Notes: generated by a model not told the origin, from the letters alone. A stretch of DNA of 64,000 nucleotides from Eledone cirrhosa (GCA_964016885.1 OZ024742.1:365614001-365678000), one strand, 5' to 3'; shown: positions 12,657-26,034, counted from the stretch's first letter. Numbers and translations are program-made.

Positions 12657-12657
<1 letters not shown>

Positions 12658-14037
12658 CGAAGGAAATGTGGTAAGGAACCAGGTGGACCATAACGCACCA
12701 AAGTACTCAATACTTAGGGTAGTAGAGTGGGTAATAGGAACGAGTAGGACCCCGGTCAAACCATCCTAGGAACATCACCAATAACCTGGTTAAAAAGATC
12801 TCCCTCCGCATATCTCGTTTGTCCGCTAATAAGCAGATATTCGACGAACATGCGCCTTATTACAACCAGGCCCTCAAGCAGAGTGGTTTCCGGGAGGAAA
12901 TATCCTACTGTCCAGCTTCCATTAGCGGAACCAGCAGACGACACCGCCGCTCACGCAATGTAACATGGTTCAATCCTCCCCACAACACCGAGGGACAACT
13001 CCTATCGGGAAAATCTTCTTTAGGCTCATTGAAAAACACTTCCCCACTACAACACCGCTACCACAACATAATCAACAAAAACACCACCAAACTCTCCTAC
13101 AGCACCACACCTAACTTTGCACAAAACATCGTCTCCTCTAACAACAAAAAACTCAACCCCTATGGAAGAAATAACCTAAATAGCAGTGGAGAGCCGACCA
13201 GGAGGTGCAACTGTCCTGATGGATCCATTTGCCCCCTCGACAACAGATGCAGAGATCGTAATGTGATCTACCAGTGCAACGTGAGGACGGGACACCTCCA
13301 ACAAAGCTTATATAGGACTAACCGCATGTGACTTCAAGACCCGGCTATACCAACACAGACATACCTTCCGAAACTCGGCCCGGCGTCACGCCACTACACA
13401 CTTTCGGGCCACATCTGGGACCTCAAGGATAAGAATATTACCTATGATCTCACTTGGAGCTTACTGTCCAGAGCCAACTCTTACACGGGAGGACGCCGTC
13501 CGTGAAATTTATGCTCGGAGGAAACTTTACAAATGCTGTTTTCGACGGACCAATTCCTAAACAAGAAAGATGAACCGGTAACTGCATGCAAATACAGATT
13601 GCGTAGGACTTACCTCGCCCTCAAACCCCATAATGACCCGGGGAGGGGGTAGACAAGGGCTGTAACACCCCACTTGCCGACTTTGTAATGAGTAACCCCT
13701 GCTTGCAAAGGTAGACGTAAGATTTCTTTTATATCTTTTATCGCTTCCTCTATATTTCCTTCTTCCCCCCATCCCTCCCTAGTCCTTCCACCCCAGTCCT
13801 CTTTCTTTGTCGTCGTCCTTTTCACTTTCTCGCCTACCCGAGGCAGCCCTCGGTCTTTTGTAGCCTCAGTACCCCCACCCCCTTCCCCTATTCTATGATA
13901 GAATTGCCGACTCCGCTTTTTATAGCAGATGTGATAGACCCCGGATACTTGCCTTCTTATCCGATGGCTGCCCCTTTTCCGTGCTTTCTACATTTCCTAG
14001 TGGTATCTTTGCTTTAATTTCTCGTATATCAGTATTT

Positions 14038-14069
<32 letters not shown>

Positions 14070-14924
14070 GGATCCTGAATTTATTTTCCGTATCAAATTT
14101 TTCATATACTTCGTACGAGCATTTATGTAGTTTGCACTAGTATTTTTGTATCGTAGCGGCACCCTTAGAGATAGTATTAGTATTCTTTTTCGGGATTCTG
14201 AATTATTATTTCCTATTAGTTTATTTTTTGCACTGGGTGGTTGCAAGCCTTGTGCCTAGGGTAGAAACCATTATTTCGTATTAGTCTCGGGACTCTGAAT
14301 TATTATTTCGTGGTAGTTTCTTTAGTATTTTGGACCCCCACTTGTTGACCCGTCACCGTAAGATATACTCGGTTGATTACTACTACCTCTTAAAAGGGTT
14401 TCATTATAATTCCGTCCCACCTAGTAAACCTTTCTTTAGTCTAGCAGTACCAGTGAGGGACTTGATAGCTGTCCTTAGGTTCTAGTAACCAGAATTGTTT
14501 TTTTTTTATATATTAATTGTTTTTTTTTTGTTTTTTTTTAACATTCTCGGTATTTTTCTATATATTTACCCCATATTGTTTTACTTATTGTTTCCACTTC
14601 TTCCCCTCCCTAGTATACTTCCTTGACCTCCTGCCCTGCTGTAGTTGGCACTATCAACGCACGACTGGGTTTCCTCCACCCCCCTCTTCCTCTTTCTTCT
14701 ACTGGCAGGTTCAACTACCCCTCCCTTCCACAAATTGCCATGATAGAATTATGTGTCTCAACAACAAACTTTTGACCAATCCTTGTGACAATCACTTTTA
14801 CCATATATGGAATTACCCCCTGAGAAGCTCGGCTATTCATATAACAGGATAAAAAATTTCATTTAGTCCAGAATTAGCCGTCGAAACGGCTTGAGCTCAG
14901 CCGTCGGAGTTCTACTCGTTCCTA
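12657..14924 (+). mobile_element. PLE family A (Hydra-clade-like), 5'-truncated, with an inverted 5' pLTR tail
   Basis: Frameshifted ORF ~12770-13630 with SLRISRLS, TWFNPP, KLSYS, CNC-x5-CPL-x3-C and AYIG motifs. 12657-12755 is an inverted pLTR tail. (TA)n on both sides. Clade assignment from motif memory only. Confidence 0.88.
14815..14910 (+). ncRNA. Degenerate hammerhead of family A (long stem III, large loop II)
   Basis: ACCCC CTGAGAA gctCGGCTA ~40 nt TAGCCGtc GAAA CGGCT tgagctc AGCCG TC GGAGT (GGGGT in other copies). This copy has a C3/A8 mismatch. Confidence 0.6.
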
Positions 14925-14937
14925 TATATATATATAT

Positions 14938-15574
14938 ATTGAACGTTCACTATACTGTAACCATCGTTTGAAAACGACTTTTTCTTTTTTTAAATGCATA
15001 TAATGTTACCTTTTTACACCACCCTTTGCAAATTTCTGTTTTATATGTTTATACACAAGATATGGCTTTCTATAATAATAGTACTAAACACTGTTTTCTG
15101 GACCCCTTTAGAAATAACCTGCTACTACAATAGCCCCAATAACTTGTCTGTAACTCTGTACCACTTTGACCCCTTTAACTAAATTTTGTCCGAACAACAC
15201 CACTAGAAGAATTTACTTCGCCCGCCAACCCTAACACGCCTCATTAAGCTAACTGCTGCCAAAACATTCTCTCCTTACAATCTCTACTAGTCTGACAGTC
15301 TTAAATCCTAGGACTCCCTCCACATTACTCACTTCCCTCTCCCCCTTCTCTTCCTACCTCCTTCTTTCTCTTTTATCTAGTGTATAAAATATTTTCATAT
15401 CATTCCAATACAAAGGTCTGACGACATGGTGTGTTTGCTTACAGTGTACCTTCGGTTTGTGATAATATTTTTATATTATTCAAGTAGCGAGGTATAGGTA
15501 ACCCATACACTATAGAAACAATTGTTACCTAATAAATTCTTTATACCCGCATTTCCATTTCATAAACTTCTTCT

Positions 15575-15578
<4 letters not shown>
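14938..15578 (+). mobile_element. 3' end of another PLE related to family B (endonuclease tip, 3' UTR, pLTR)
   Basis: Starts ATT GAA CGT TCA CTA TAC TGT AAC CAT CGT TTG AAA (IERSLYCNHRLK), compared with IERSIYCNHRLK at ~23295. Contains a hammerhead and is TA-flanked. Confidence 0.8.
15414..15530 (+). ncRNA. Type-I hammerhead with canonical core and ~70-nt stem-II insert
   Basis: AGGT CTGACGA cATGGTGTG...TACACTATa GAAA CAATTG TT ACCT, with palindromic CAATTG in stem III. Confidence 0.8.
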
Positions 15579-16050
<472 letters not shown>

Positions 16051-16271
16051 GTATTGTTATATTTGGGGAGGGTCATATTTGCGTAATATTGCCAGAATTA
16101 ATAACAGAACACACTCACTGTTTGGTTGGTTTTCGCTTCTTGCTGTCTTTTATATATATATATCTGCGATCTAACTTACTCGGTCCTCAATGTTGCCATT
16201 GACTGACCGGCGGTCAAAAATAATACAGATACAATATAGACAAACACATATATATATAGTTTACATAATTT

Positions 16272-16314
16272 ACATAAATCTTTCGTTGCACATCTGCAAC
16301 ATCGTCAGTGGTGT
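16272..16314 (-). ncRNA. Minimal type-I hammerhead ribozyme (family D)
   Basis: Minus strand: acacCA CTGACGA T GTTGCA gatg TGCAAC GAAA gatt TA TGt. Perfect 6-bp stem II, extra U after A9, weak stem I. Confidence 0.75.
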
Positions 16315-16591
16315 TATATTCATTGTTCCTCCTGTTGTGTTGTATGTCTACGCCATTTTTTTTTGTTCAGTCTGTCTATATATTTATTTATTTATTTGCT
16401 TGTTTGTTTATCTTATTTTATTTTGTCTTCTTTGCGCATGCGTTTGCGTGTGTGTATTGTGTTATGTGTGATGTGTGACTAGTGTGTATAGTGTTGTGTC
16501 TGCTGGGTGACTAGTGTGTGTTTATGTGCTTGTGTATGTATTTATTTATCTTATTTTATTTATTTAATTTAATTTACTTATTTATTTATAC

Positions 16592-19500
16592 TTATACTTC
16601 TCTTAGGTCAGTGTTGTTTGTTTGGGTGTTGTTGTTGTTCCACTCATTCTTTCTGTTTAGCTTTGGTCTTCTAATTTCTATTTCACTGGCCTCTCTGATT
16701 TGCCTATCTGCTGGGTCATTCCTATGTTTAGATATTATTCTAATTTCTATGTTGTCTATGTTACCGTCATGTTGTTGTCTAGCATGTTCGTATAGTACTG
16801 ACCCGTTTTTTCGTCCTTTTAGTTCCCCCCAGTGTTGGTCTATCCTTTCACCTATGATACGAGCTGTCTCACCTATGTATGTTGTTGTCGTGTTTCTGCA
16901 AGTACCCTCTGTACATCTTATGCTATAGACTACGTTTCTAGTTTTACAGTTTATCCGGGGGTTCACCTTACATATGATACATTTCCTATTGGTACAGTGG
17001 GTTTTCTTAAAAGGGTAGGTTTTGCTGATCAGGGATTTTATGGTGGTTCCTGGCTTTTCTACCACCTTTATTTTTAAGTGGGTCTTTCTCAGGGCCTTTC
17101 TACACTGGTTAGCTAATTTCCCTCCAGGGGTGGCGTCCACAAACATGACACTCTGATATCTCTGGTTGTCGTACCATGATGTGGCCTTCCCTATCTTATG
17201 TCTAGCCCTATCTAAGCTATTCCATGATTTGCTCCTGTATAGTGGGCAAATTCCTTTCATGTCCAGTTCTATGAGGGTCTTATACTTTTCCATGGCTCCT
17301 TCGTATACTCTGACTCTGTCTCTTTGGTTGTAGCCAGAGAACTGCATGCGGTTGATGAAGTGTTGGATGTGTCCTTCCATTTCTGTTGGGTCGCACATGC
17401 TGGACACATTCTTCATCACTCGTACCAAATCTGCGATCAGAATATTAAACTTAGCACTACTGGACATTGCTGAGTTTTTGAGTATCAGGTATTTGGAGGC
17501 CATGGGTTTAGCATAGTGTGAGTGGAGAATTTGGGCTCTCTCGTCTATAGTGTTAATCCAGAGTTCTGTGTCTAATACAGGTAGTCTATTGTTAGGGTGT
17601 TTGGAAGGGAAGTCTATAGTTACAGTTATACTCTGGTGTATGGAATTAGCTATCTGCTGGATGCTTTCCATCGTGCTACGTTCTAAATCAAACTTGTTAG
17701 TGCTCTCTAGTGGGGGTGTTCTTATAACTATATTGATATCGTCTACATAACGAGAGTACATGATGAGGTCTATGGAGCTTTCATTAAGGAGGAGATCTTT
17801 AAGTCTCCTTTCCCACCATACCATGAAAAGGTTGGCAACATCACCAGCTATGCTGACGCCGATGGCTGCTCCCTCATTTTGGGTGTAGATTTTCTCATTG
17901 AACTTAAATATGTGGCCCTTTAGGGTAGTTTTGATACTAGCCCCTATTGCATGTGCGACCATTTTTCTTACCTGATCAGTGTTTTGGGGGGTCCGTATAG
18001 CTTTGGTCCACCCAATCCACCTTCCTATGGGAGTCTTTTTAGCCATTGAGGTTATGGTGGGGGGTCTACCTCTTATAGGTCTACTAGGGCAGAAACATCT
18101 AAGGTCATGGCTGTCTAGGTAGTCAGTGTCGTAGGTAAGTCTAAGTAGGAGGCCCAGTTCGTCTGTGTCGACGTCGCAGAACTCCACCTCACTCTCAATG
18201 ACCATCTCCACACATCTTTTCACAGCAAAATCAATGTTAATGGATGGGTACAGTGACACCACATCCATGCTGCCTATTATGCAGTTGGATAGGCTCCTGT
18301 TTTTGTTGCACTTACTGATTCTGCTGAGGAGGTCCTCTGTACTTTCACATACATCTGGGGACATCTTGATTATGGGGCGTATAACCATTGAGAGGAAGTA
18401 GGAGATCCTGTAGTTGCTAGCTATATTAGCTCCGCATACGGGTCTTGTTGGTGGTCCTGTTGTCGGGTCGTCGACTGTCTTGTGGTCTTTGCGGAGCCCA
18501 TACAAGGGTGGTATGCCATTGTTAGACGCCTGGAAGTTGTTGGCAGTGCGTCTGCTTGGCTTTAGGATGTCAGTCCACATCATCATGTGAGCGTTGAGGA
18601 TTTTTTCTCTCCCATCGTGTGTTAGTTGTGCAACTTCGCTCGTGTTGGTGATGTGGGGTTGCATTGCCTCGATGTAGTTCGGCATGCTATCTATTGACAT
18701 CCTACCAGACTTATCTGTGGGTAGACACACTACCTCACCATCCCTTGTGCGCTGCTTGAGGCTAACCAAGCCTTCTACAGGTTTTATCCCAAGTTGTTGG
18801 GCCTCTGGTCTGCTCTGTCTCATAGTGTACCTGTCTACTACTTGTCTAATCTTATTTCTAGCTATGGTGAACTGTGCCTCCGTCTCGTCATCTATTTGCT
18901 GTGGTATGCAAACTCTTTTATTAAAGGGTAACCTCGTAGGATAGATATTACCCATCTTATATGTTTTGTCAGCTGGGTTGAAAAATAGTTTCTCTAAGGG
19001 GTTGTCGTTATTTCTATCGTCATAGTTGTGTGTGTTGCTATTATTGTTATCATGGTGGTTGTTGTTGTTTCTATCATTAGCATTAATATTATTATTGTTA
19101 TGATTGCTAGATGTATTGTTGTTTACTTCACCGTTATTGTTGTTGTTGTTACTGCTATTTCTACCATTGTGGTTGTTACTATTATTATGTTTCTTGTTTT
19201 TGTTGATGTTGCTACATGTACTATTTCCATTATTACCACTGTGGTTATTGTTGTTGTTGTTGTTCGTATTGTTACCGTTATTACTACTGTGGTCACTGTT
19301 GCTGTGTCTGTGGTTAACGTTTCTATTATTATTGTGGTTGTTGTTGTTCTGTCTATCGCTAGTATTATTACTATTATCACTATTTCTCACTTTCCTGCCA
19401 TTGTTATGGTTATGGCTGTTATTTCTATACCCAGAGTTATTGTTTATATTACTACTACCGTTATTATTGTTGTTGTTGTTTACCTTTGCATTCCAACGTA

Positions 19501-19993
19501 TTTTTGTGAAACACTTTTCCAGCTTCGTTTTGCATTCCATAGGGTTAATCTTTTTGTAGATGGCAAATTTTGGTGGTAACTTTAGGATTTGTTGTTCTTG
19601 TTCACTGATTAAAGTGTTCCCATAGATATTTACTGTGTGGTCATTGGTAAATTCTTCCGGTAGTTTTACATCACTCATACGGATGTTGTCGATGTTATCT
19701 GGGTATTTTTGAGAATATTCGATTTTCCTTTCTTGTAGTTTTTTCTTATTCATCCATTCTAATTTCTTCTTGAAATGCCTACAGCATTCGTTTTGAGCAT
19801 ATTTCGTTTCGCGTCGGATGACGCTCATGAAGTCATCTCTCTCGTTTGCTGTGATGAGATTTCGGATTTCCTTACCGTTGATGCGTTTTTGTCTGTAGAG
19901 TGCGTTGACTTTTGTGTATGTTGTTCTTTTCATATTAACTGTTATTGTGTGTTTTAGCCGTTCAGCTTGTGTTTTGTTCAATAATAAATACAC
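16592..19993 (-). CDS. Penelope-like reverse transcriptase with C-terminal GIY-YIG endonuclease, 1133 aa (true start probably truncated)
   Basis: TDKSG, RPVCGA, GSMDVVSLYPSI, QNEGAAIG, SRYVDD, LPVLD, C-x4-C-x2-C zinc motif, VVYSIRC...YIGETAR. The ORF is open right up to the flanking (TA)n and is called from a GTG codon. Confidence 0.92.
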   Translation of the reverse strand: MYLLLNKTQAERLKHTITVNMKRTTYTKVNALYRQKRINGKEIRNLITANERDDFMSVIRRETKYAQNECCRHFKKKLEWMNKKKLQERKIEYSQKYPDNIDNIRMSDVKLPEEFTNDHTVNIYGNTLISEQEQQILKLPPKFAIYKKINPMECKTKLEKCFTKIRWNAKVNNNNNNNGSSNINNNSGYRNNSHNHNNGRKVRNSDNSNNTSDRQNNNNHNNNRNVNHRHSNSDHSSNNGNNTNNNNNNNHSGNNGNSTCSNINKNKKHNNSNNHNGRNSSNNNNNNGEVNNNTSSNHNNNNINANDRNNNNHHDNNNSNTHNYDDRNNDNPLEKLFFNPADKTYKMGNIYPTRLPFNKRVCIPQQIDDETEAQFTIARNKIRQVVDRYTMRQSRPEAQQLGIKPVEGLVSLKQRTRDGEVVCLPTDKSGRMSIDSMPNYIEAMQPHITNTSEVAQLTHDGREKILNAHMMMWTDILKPSRRTANNFQASNNGIPPLYGLRKDHKTVDDPTTGPPTRPVCGANIASNYRISYFLSMVIRPIIKMSPDVCESTEDLLSRISKCNKNRSLSNCIIGSMDVVSLYPSINIDFAVKRCVEMVIESEVEFCDVDTDELGLLLRLTYDTDYLDSHDLRCFCPSRPIRGRPPTITSMAKKTPIGRWIGWTKAIRTPQNTDQVRKMVAHAIGASIKTTLKGHIFKFNEKIYTQNEGAAIGVSIAGDVANLFMVWWERRLKDLLLNESSIDLIMYSRYVDDINIVIRTPPLESTNKFDLERSTMESIQQIANSIHQSITVTIDFPSKHPNNRLPVLDTELWINTIDERAQILHSHYAKPMASKYLILKNSAMSSSAKFNILIADLVRVMKNVSSMCDPTEMEGHIQHFINRMQFSGYNQRDRVRVYEGAMEKYKTLIELDMKGICPLYRSKSWNSLDRARHKIGKATSWYDNQRYQSVMFVDATPGGKLANQCRKALRKTHLKIKVVEKPGTTIKSLISKTYPFKKTHCTNRKCIICKVNPRINCKTRNVVYSIRCTEGTCRNTTTTYIGETARIIGERIDQHWGELKGRKNGSVLYEHARQQHDGNIDNIEIRIISKHRNDPADRQIREASEIEIRRPKLNRKNEWNNNNTQTNNTDLREV

Positions 19994-20075
<82 letters not shown>

Positions 20076-20684
20076 TAAAAGAGAAAACACAGGTAAGCAT
20101 TGAGAGAAGGATTTAATCCAGGTATTTACGACCGTTTCATTGGTAAGTGCAACCTTATATTGCTATACTGCAAATAGCAACCACTCAATTATAATTGTTG
20201 TTCACAGTCAGGGAAAAAATTATCAAACGCGCCCCCATATCGGAGTGGTATGACAAGCTGTCGATTATGCGACCTTGAGCTGTTCCACATCTTAAGTTCG
20301 AAGAATAGGTTACTCAACAATAAAATTGAGAGATCAATTTATTGTAACCATAGACTCAAAGAGAAATGTTCGCACTACAAATCGAACACTTAACCTCTTA
20401 CTACCAACTGACAAACTGCATATACTTAGACTTTATACCCTCTTATATCTAGACCCTTTAATTACCCACAAAACCAATACATATATCCCCCCCCTTCTCC
20501 CTCATTCCTCTTCTATTTCTTCGTTTTCTTCCTTCCTTCCCCCTTCTTGGCTATCTTTTCTTTTCTTCCTTCTCACCCCCTTCTTTGCTTTTATTTTTGT
20601 CATTATTATCTTTATTTTTTTTTTTTTATATATATATTTATATATGTATATATATATGTGTGTATATGTGTGTGTGTGTGTGTA

Positions 20685-20765
<81 letters not shown>

Positions 20766-21170
20766 ATGTGTGTGTATATATATGTATGTGTGTATGTGTG
20801 TGTATATATATGTATGTGTATGTATGTGTATGTGTGTGTGTATATATATATATATTTATCTCTTTATATCCCCCCCTCTCTCTCTCCCTTTCTATCCATC
20901 CCTCCCACCATTATCTATTTAATTCTCTTTAACTCACTACACTCCACGACATGATGTCTGCTATCAAAACTGACCAAAGAATCCTTCCACCTCTATCCCT
21001 ACCTCCACCTCAGTTTGTCATTCTACTTCCTACCTCTTCCCCCTTCCTCTCTCTCTATACTATGCCGTCTGTCCCCTCACCTCCTGATTCCTCTCTCTCT
21101 ATACTAGTAAATACAATTCCAAATAAATGTTTTTCTCTATATATTAAGAATTATTTCAAGAGTAACTCAC

Positions 21171-21272
21171 TATTTTGAAAATTTGGACTGTGAACAACAA
21201 TTATAATTGAGTGGCTGCTATTTGCAGTATAGCAATATAAGGTTGCACTTACCAATGAAACGGTCGTAAATA
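21171..21272 (+). ncRNA. Hammerhead variant (U3-A8 core, large stem-II insert), upstream pLTR of family B
   Basis: TATT TTGAAAA tTTGG ~65 nt CCAAt GAAA CGGTCG TA AATA; same layout as 15414-15530. Confidence 0.6.
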
Positions 21273-21309
21273 CCTGGATTAAATCCTTCTCTTAATGCTT
21301 AAATACATA

Positions 21310-23364
21310 AATACATTCATAAAAAGCTGCGAACCACCAACGGAATTATTGTCAAAGCGGACAAAACATCAAATGTGTATACGATGGATGTTAATACATA
21401 CAATAGCTTCATACGGAAAGAATTACATAGGAAATACAAAAAAACAAATGAGGCGGCACTGATAAACATCAACAACGAGGCACACAATATAGTCAAACAC
21501 CTAGGAATAGACGACAGAACGGAGCCACTTAAGCCATGTACCCCCACATTTAACCTCAAAGACCACAAGGTAAATTTTGATTATAACCCCACTATTAGAC
21601 TTATATGCCCATCCAAATCGGACATCGGGAAAATTAGTAAACATATATTAGACAGAGTGATAGCACAAATGAAGAATAAACTAGTGATTAAACTATGGGG
21701 TAACGCTACCGAAACAATTAGATGGTTTAACAATATAGCTAACAAAGAAGTATCTAAATTTATACAATTTGACATTAACGATTATTACTCATCTCTATCC
21801 CCCAACACCTTGGATAAAGCCTTAGCATTCGCCAAAGCCAATTCTGACATAACAGACGACGAGATAAAAATCATATTAGCTGGTAGGAAAACAATAATTA
21901 AATTTGAAAACGCCTATTGGGAACGTAAGGATAGATTAAATAACTTTGACATCACGATGGGGGCTAACGACTCGGCTCAAGTCACAGACTTAGTAGGTAT
22001 TTACATAGCCCATAGTTTACAAAGCGAGTTTAGCGACCTTCACGTTGGAATCTACAGAGACGACGCCCTTCTCCTAGTTAAGAACCTAAATAACCAGAGC
22101 ATAGAAAGACTCCGTAAGAATATTAGAAAGACTCTCGGAAAACTAGGCCTTAGCATAACGTACGAGTATAGCACTAAAACAGTTAACTTTCTAGATGTGA
22201 CGCTTAACCTAAATACGGGACTTATAAGACCTTTTCACCAGATTAATGAAAACTTAACATACATCAACTGTAACTCAAACCACCCACTATCAATAATTAA
22301 ATCCATTCCACGCAGCATATCCCTTAGGATCTCCCGCCTCTCATCTAACCGGCAAATCTTCGAAGAACATGCAGAATACTACAATACCACATTAGACAAG
22401 GCAGGCCACTTAGATAGAGTAGAATATATAGATGAAAGCCTCTGTGAAGCACACACGAACACGCATAACACAAACTCCAGAAACACACGCATACACACAT
22501 TTACGCATAGAACTGCAAAGTATACGGCAAATAGAAGTACAACATCGAAATCAAACAAGTCACGCAGTAGAAAATATATTTGGTATAACCCCATATTTAA
22601 CACCTCTATTAGTACTAACCTACCCTCTACTTTCTTTAGAATAATAAATAGGCACTTTCCAGATTCACATAGATACAGCAAAATCCTTAACACTAAATCT
22701 ATTAGACTATCCTACTCCACGGCACCAAATATAGAAGCACACATTAAGATGCTTAACGCTAAAAAGATACATAACAACACCAAAACACAAATTTACAACA
22801 ATAACAATACAATTACCACCGAACACAACAGAATATCTAATACACAAACACCCGCTAATAGGCAAACAAAACGTAACACACTTGTTCAGGTATCGCAGCC
22901 CACAAATAATGCCAAAGTTGCCCATAACAAGAAATGCAACTGCCACCTACCTGAAACCTGTCCATTACAAAATGAATGTATGCAGTCTAACCTGGTTTAC
23001 CAATGCACAGTGGAATCAGATAACCAGAAATGGTATTACATCGGAGGCGACTGGGAATACTTTTAAAGCTCGTTGGTATACACACCATTACGCAATGAAA
23101 CATTCCCAGCACCGTTATGTAACTACCCTTGCAAACAAGACCTGGCAACTGAGGGAAAGTATCCATCAATACACCCTGAAGTGGAAAAAATTATCAAACG
23201 CGCCCCCATATCGGAGTGGTATGAGAAGCTGTCGATTATGCGACCTTGAGCTGTTCCAGATCTTAAGTTCGAAGAATAGGTTACTCAACAATAAAATTGA
23301 GAGATCAATTTATTGTAACCATAGACTTAAAGAGAAATTTTCGCACTACAAATCGAACACTTAA
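21310..23364 (+). pseudogene. PLE RT plus GIY-YIG endonuclease, N-terminally truncated, one frameshift near 23047
   Basis: VKADKT, FIQFDINDYYSSL, MGANDSAQ, GIYRDD, NFLDVTL, CNC-x5-CPL, WYYIG, then a frame change to ATGNTFKARWY...CRLC...CNH. Confidence 0.9.
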
Positions 23365-23630
23365 CCTCTTACTACCAACTGACAAACTGCATATGCTTAG
23401 ACTTTATACCCTCTTATATCTAGACCCTTTAATTACCCACAAAACCAATACATATATCCCCCCCTTCTCCCTCATTCCTCTTCTATTTTTTCGTTTTCTT
23501 CCTTCCCCCTTCTTGGCTATCTTTTCTTTTCTTCCTTCTCACCCCTTCTTTGCTTTTATTTTTGTCATTATTATCTTTATTTTTATTTTTTTTATATATA
23601 TATATGTGTGTATATGTGTGTGTGTGTGCG

Positions 23631-23671
<41 letters not shown>

Positions 23672-24075
23672 ATGTGTGTGTATATATATGTATGTGTGTA
23701 TGTGTGTGTATATATATGTATGTGTATGTATGTGTATGTATGTGTGTATATATATATATTTATCTCTTTATATCCCCCCTCTCACTCTCTCCCTCTCTAT
23801 CCATCCCTCCCACCATTATCTATTTAATTCTCTTTAACTCACTACACTCCACGACATGATGTCTGCTATCAAAACTGACCAAAGAATCCTTCCACCTCTA
23901 CTCCTACCTCCACCTCAGTTTGTCATTCTACTTCCTACCTCTTCCCCCTTCCTCTCTCTCTATACTATGCCGTCTGTCCCCTCACCTCCTGATTCCTCTC
24001 TCTCTATACTAGTAAATACAATTCCAAATAAATGTTTTTCTCTATATATTAAGAATTATTTCAAGAGTAACTCAC

Positions 24076-24174
24076 TATTTTGAAAATTTGGACTGTGAAC
24101 AATTATAATTGAGTGGCTGCTATTTGCAGTATAGCAATATAAGGTTGCACTTACCAATGAAACGGTCGTAAATA
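24076..24174 (+). ncRNA. Hammerhead variant, downstream pLTR of family B
   Basis: Second copy of the 21171-21272 motif. Confidence 0.6.
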
Positions 24175-24359
24175 CCTGGATTAAATCCTTCTCTTAATGC
24201 TTACCTGTGTTTTCTCTTTTATACTTTATACTCCAAGATTGAACGGAATTCTTACAAACTTGTGGAGTTACCTCTAACCGTACGTTGAAACCGTCCATGA
24301 AACTGGCTTTCTTAACCAAAAACTGGATCACAATAAGCAATTTTTTGCTTCTCTAACTA

Positions 24360-24756
<397 letters not shown>

Positions 24757-24799
24757 ATGTTACTATTTTCAAAGTTGTTTAATATTAAATATCATTAAT

Positions 24800-24990
24800 T
24801 GGTGGATTGGCAGTATCGGTAGAGGGTCGGACGGCATGCTTTGCAGCAAAGAGTTACGGCCCTTTATGATCTGAGTTCAAATCCCGCCGAGTTTAACTTT
24901 GCCTTTCATCCTTACGGGGTCGATAACATAAAGTAACAGTAATGCACTGGGTAATTGCTGGCCTTGTGCCTAAAGTAGAAATAATTAATT
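24800..24990 (+). mobile_element. tRNA-derived SINE with Nin/Meta-like central domain
   Basis: A-box TGGCAGTATCGG, B-box GAGTTCAAATCC, then GCCTTTCATCCTTACGGGGTCGATAA and tail GGCCTTGTGCCTAAAGTAGAAA. Confidence 0.75.
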
Positions 24991-25629
24991 AGTTTGAGAG
25001 AAAGGGATTCATTCTGTTTGATGTATAATCCGTAAGATGGTAATCCAGCAAATTTTAGAAAGAAAACAACAAAAGAATACTCACGGGATCCAAACCGTGT
25101 ATCCTTTCGTTTGCCGGATCACCTGATTACCATATTACGGATTACACAACAAAGAGACTGTGAATCCCTTTCTCTATAACTATTTAGTGGTTGCTTTTTT
25201 TTTGTTGCTATTTTTCAATATTTTCAACTGAAACCCGTAACATCTAAGAGAAGAAGATATCTAAATACTCGGAGTTGCTCGACTGATTTTTCTTTGTGTC
25301 AATTACCGACGAGACCTCAATAGTTCTTGGTAATTGAACTGCAGTTTCCCCCAGCAGAATCGGGAGGTGTATATCTCGTCTGAAGGAGAAGCCTCTTAAG
25401 GTAGAGTTGCTAACCCAGCGGGTTTCTGAATCTTCACTTTTACAGTGGGATGCAGCTGAGTTATAGCACCTAAACTGGGCGTTTAGAGTCTGCCACTCCC
25501 TAGAAATTTTCCCATAATTGAATATTATTCTAAATACCTGAAGCACGATTGCTTTAGAATGAAATTCCTTCAATTTCGGTGTTGAAAAGCTCATGAAACC
25601 AAAGTGTTAGGTGCCTGAGCAATCCATAA

Positions 25630-25910
25630 ACACGTCTACCTTTAACGTAATTCTTCGGGAGATGCAGCTTGACAAATTCTGGGAAAAAGTTAGCCATTTA
25701 AATTACAGTTCATAATACAATTCAGCGTGACACAGTGGAAAACAAGCTTGCCCACTTTACAGGTATAATCCATTCGGAAAGCTTCCAAACAGTTTCCGTC
25801 TACCTACCATGGACCAACCCGAGTTTGTAGTAAATAACACTTGGCCACGATGCCATGCAGTAGAATCGAACCCGGGACTTGATTATAAATCGACTCCCCT
25901 TAACCATCCA
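25630..25910 (-). mobile_element. Degenerate tRNA-derived SINE remnant(s)
   Basis: Minus-strand GGTTAAG...GGTTCGATTC B-box at ~25863-25872, followed by GGCATCGTGGCCAAGTGTT...GGTAGACGGAAACTG. Confidence 0.6.
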
Positions 25911-26034
25911 CCCTTCCCTTCAACCTAGTAAGGTTAAAACCACGAAGGGCCAGATGTTAAACTAGATCGACATGATGAGGACTTTCTCATCTCCATTAAC
26001 CTAAGTGTTATAACACCATTAGACCACCTTGAGC

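Noticed and set aside
14245-14275. SINE-tail-like GCCTTGTGCCTAGGGTAGAAA in the family A 3' UTR as evidence of a SINE-PLE partnership
   Set aside because: A ~25-bp imperfect match far from the PLE terminus; more simply a captured SINE fragment or chance.
24800-24890. Functional tRNA gene
   Set aside because: A and B boxes are present, but there is no cloverleaf and a SINE body follows.
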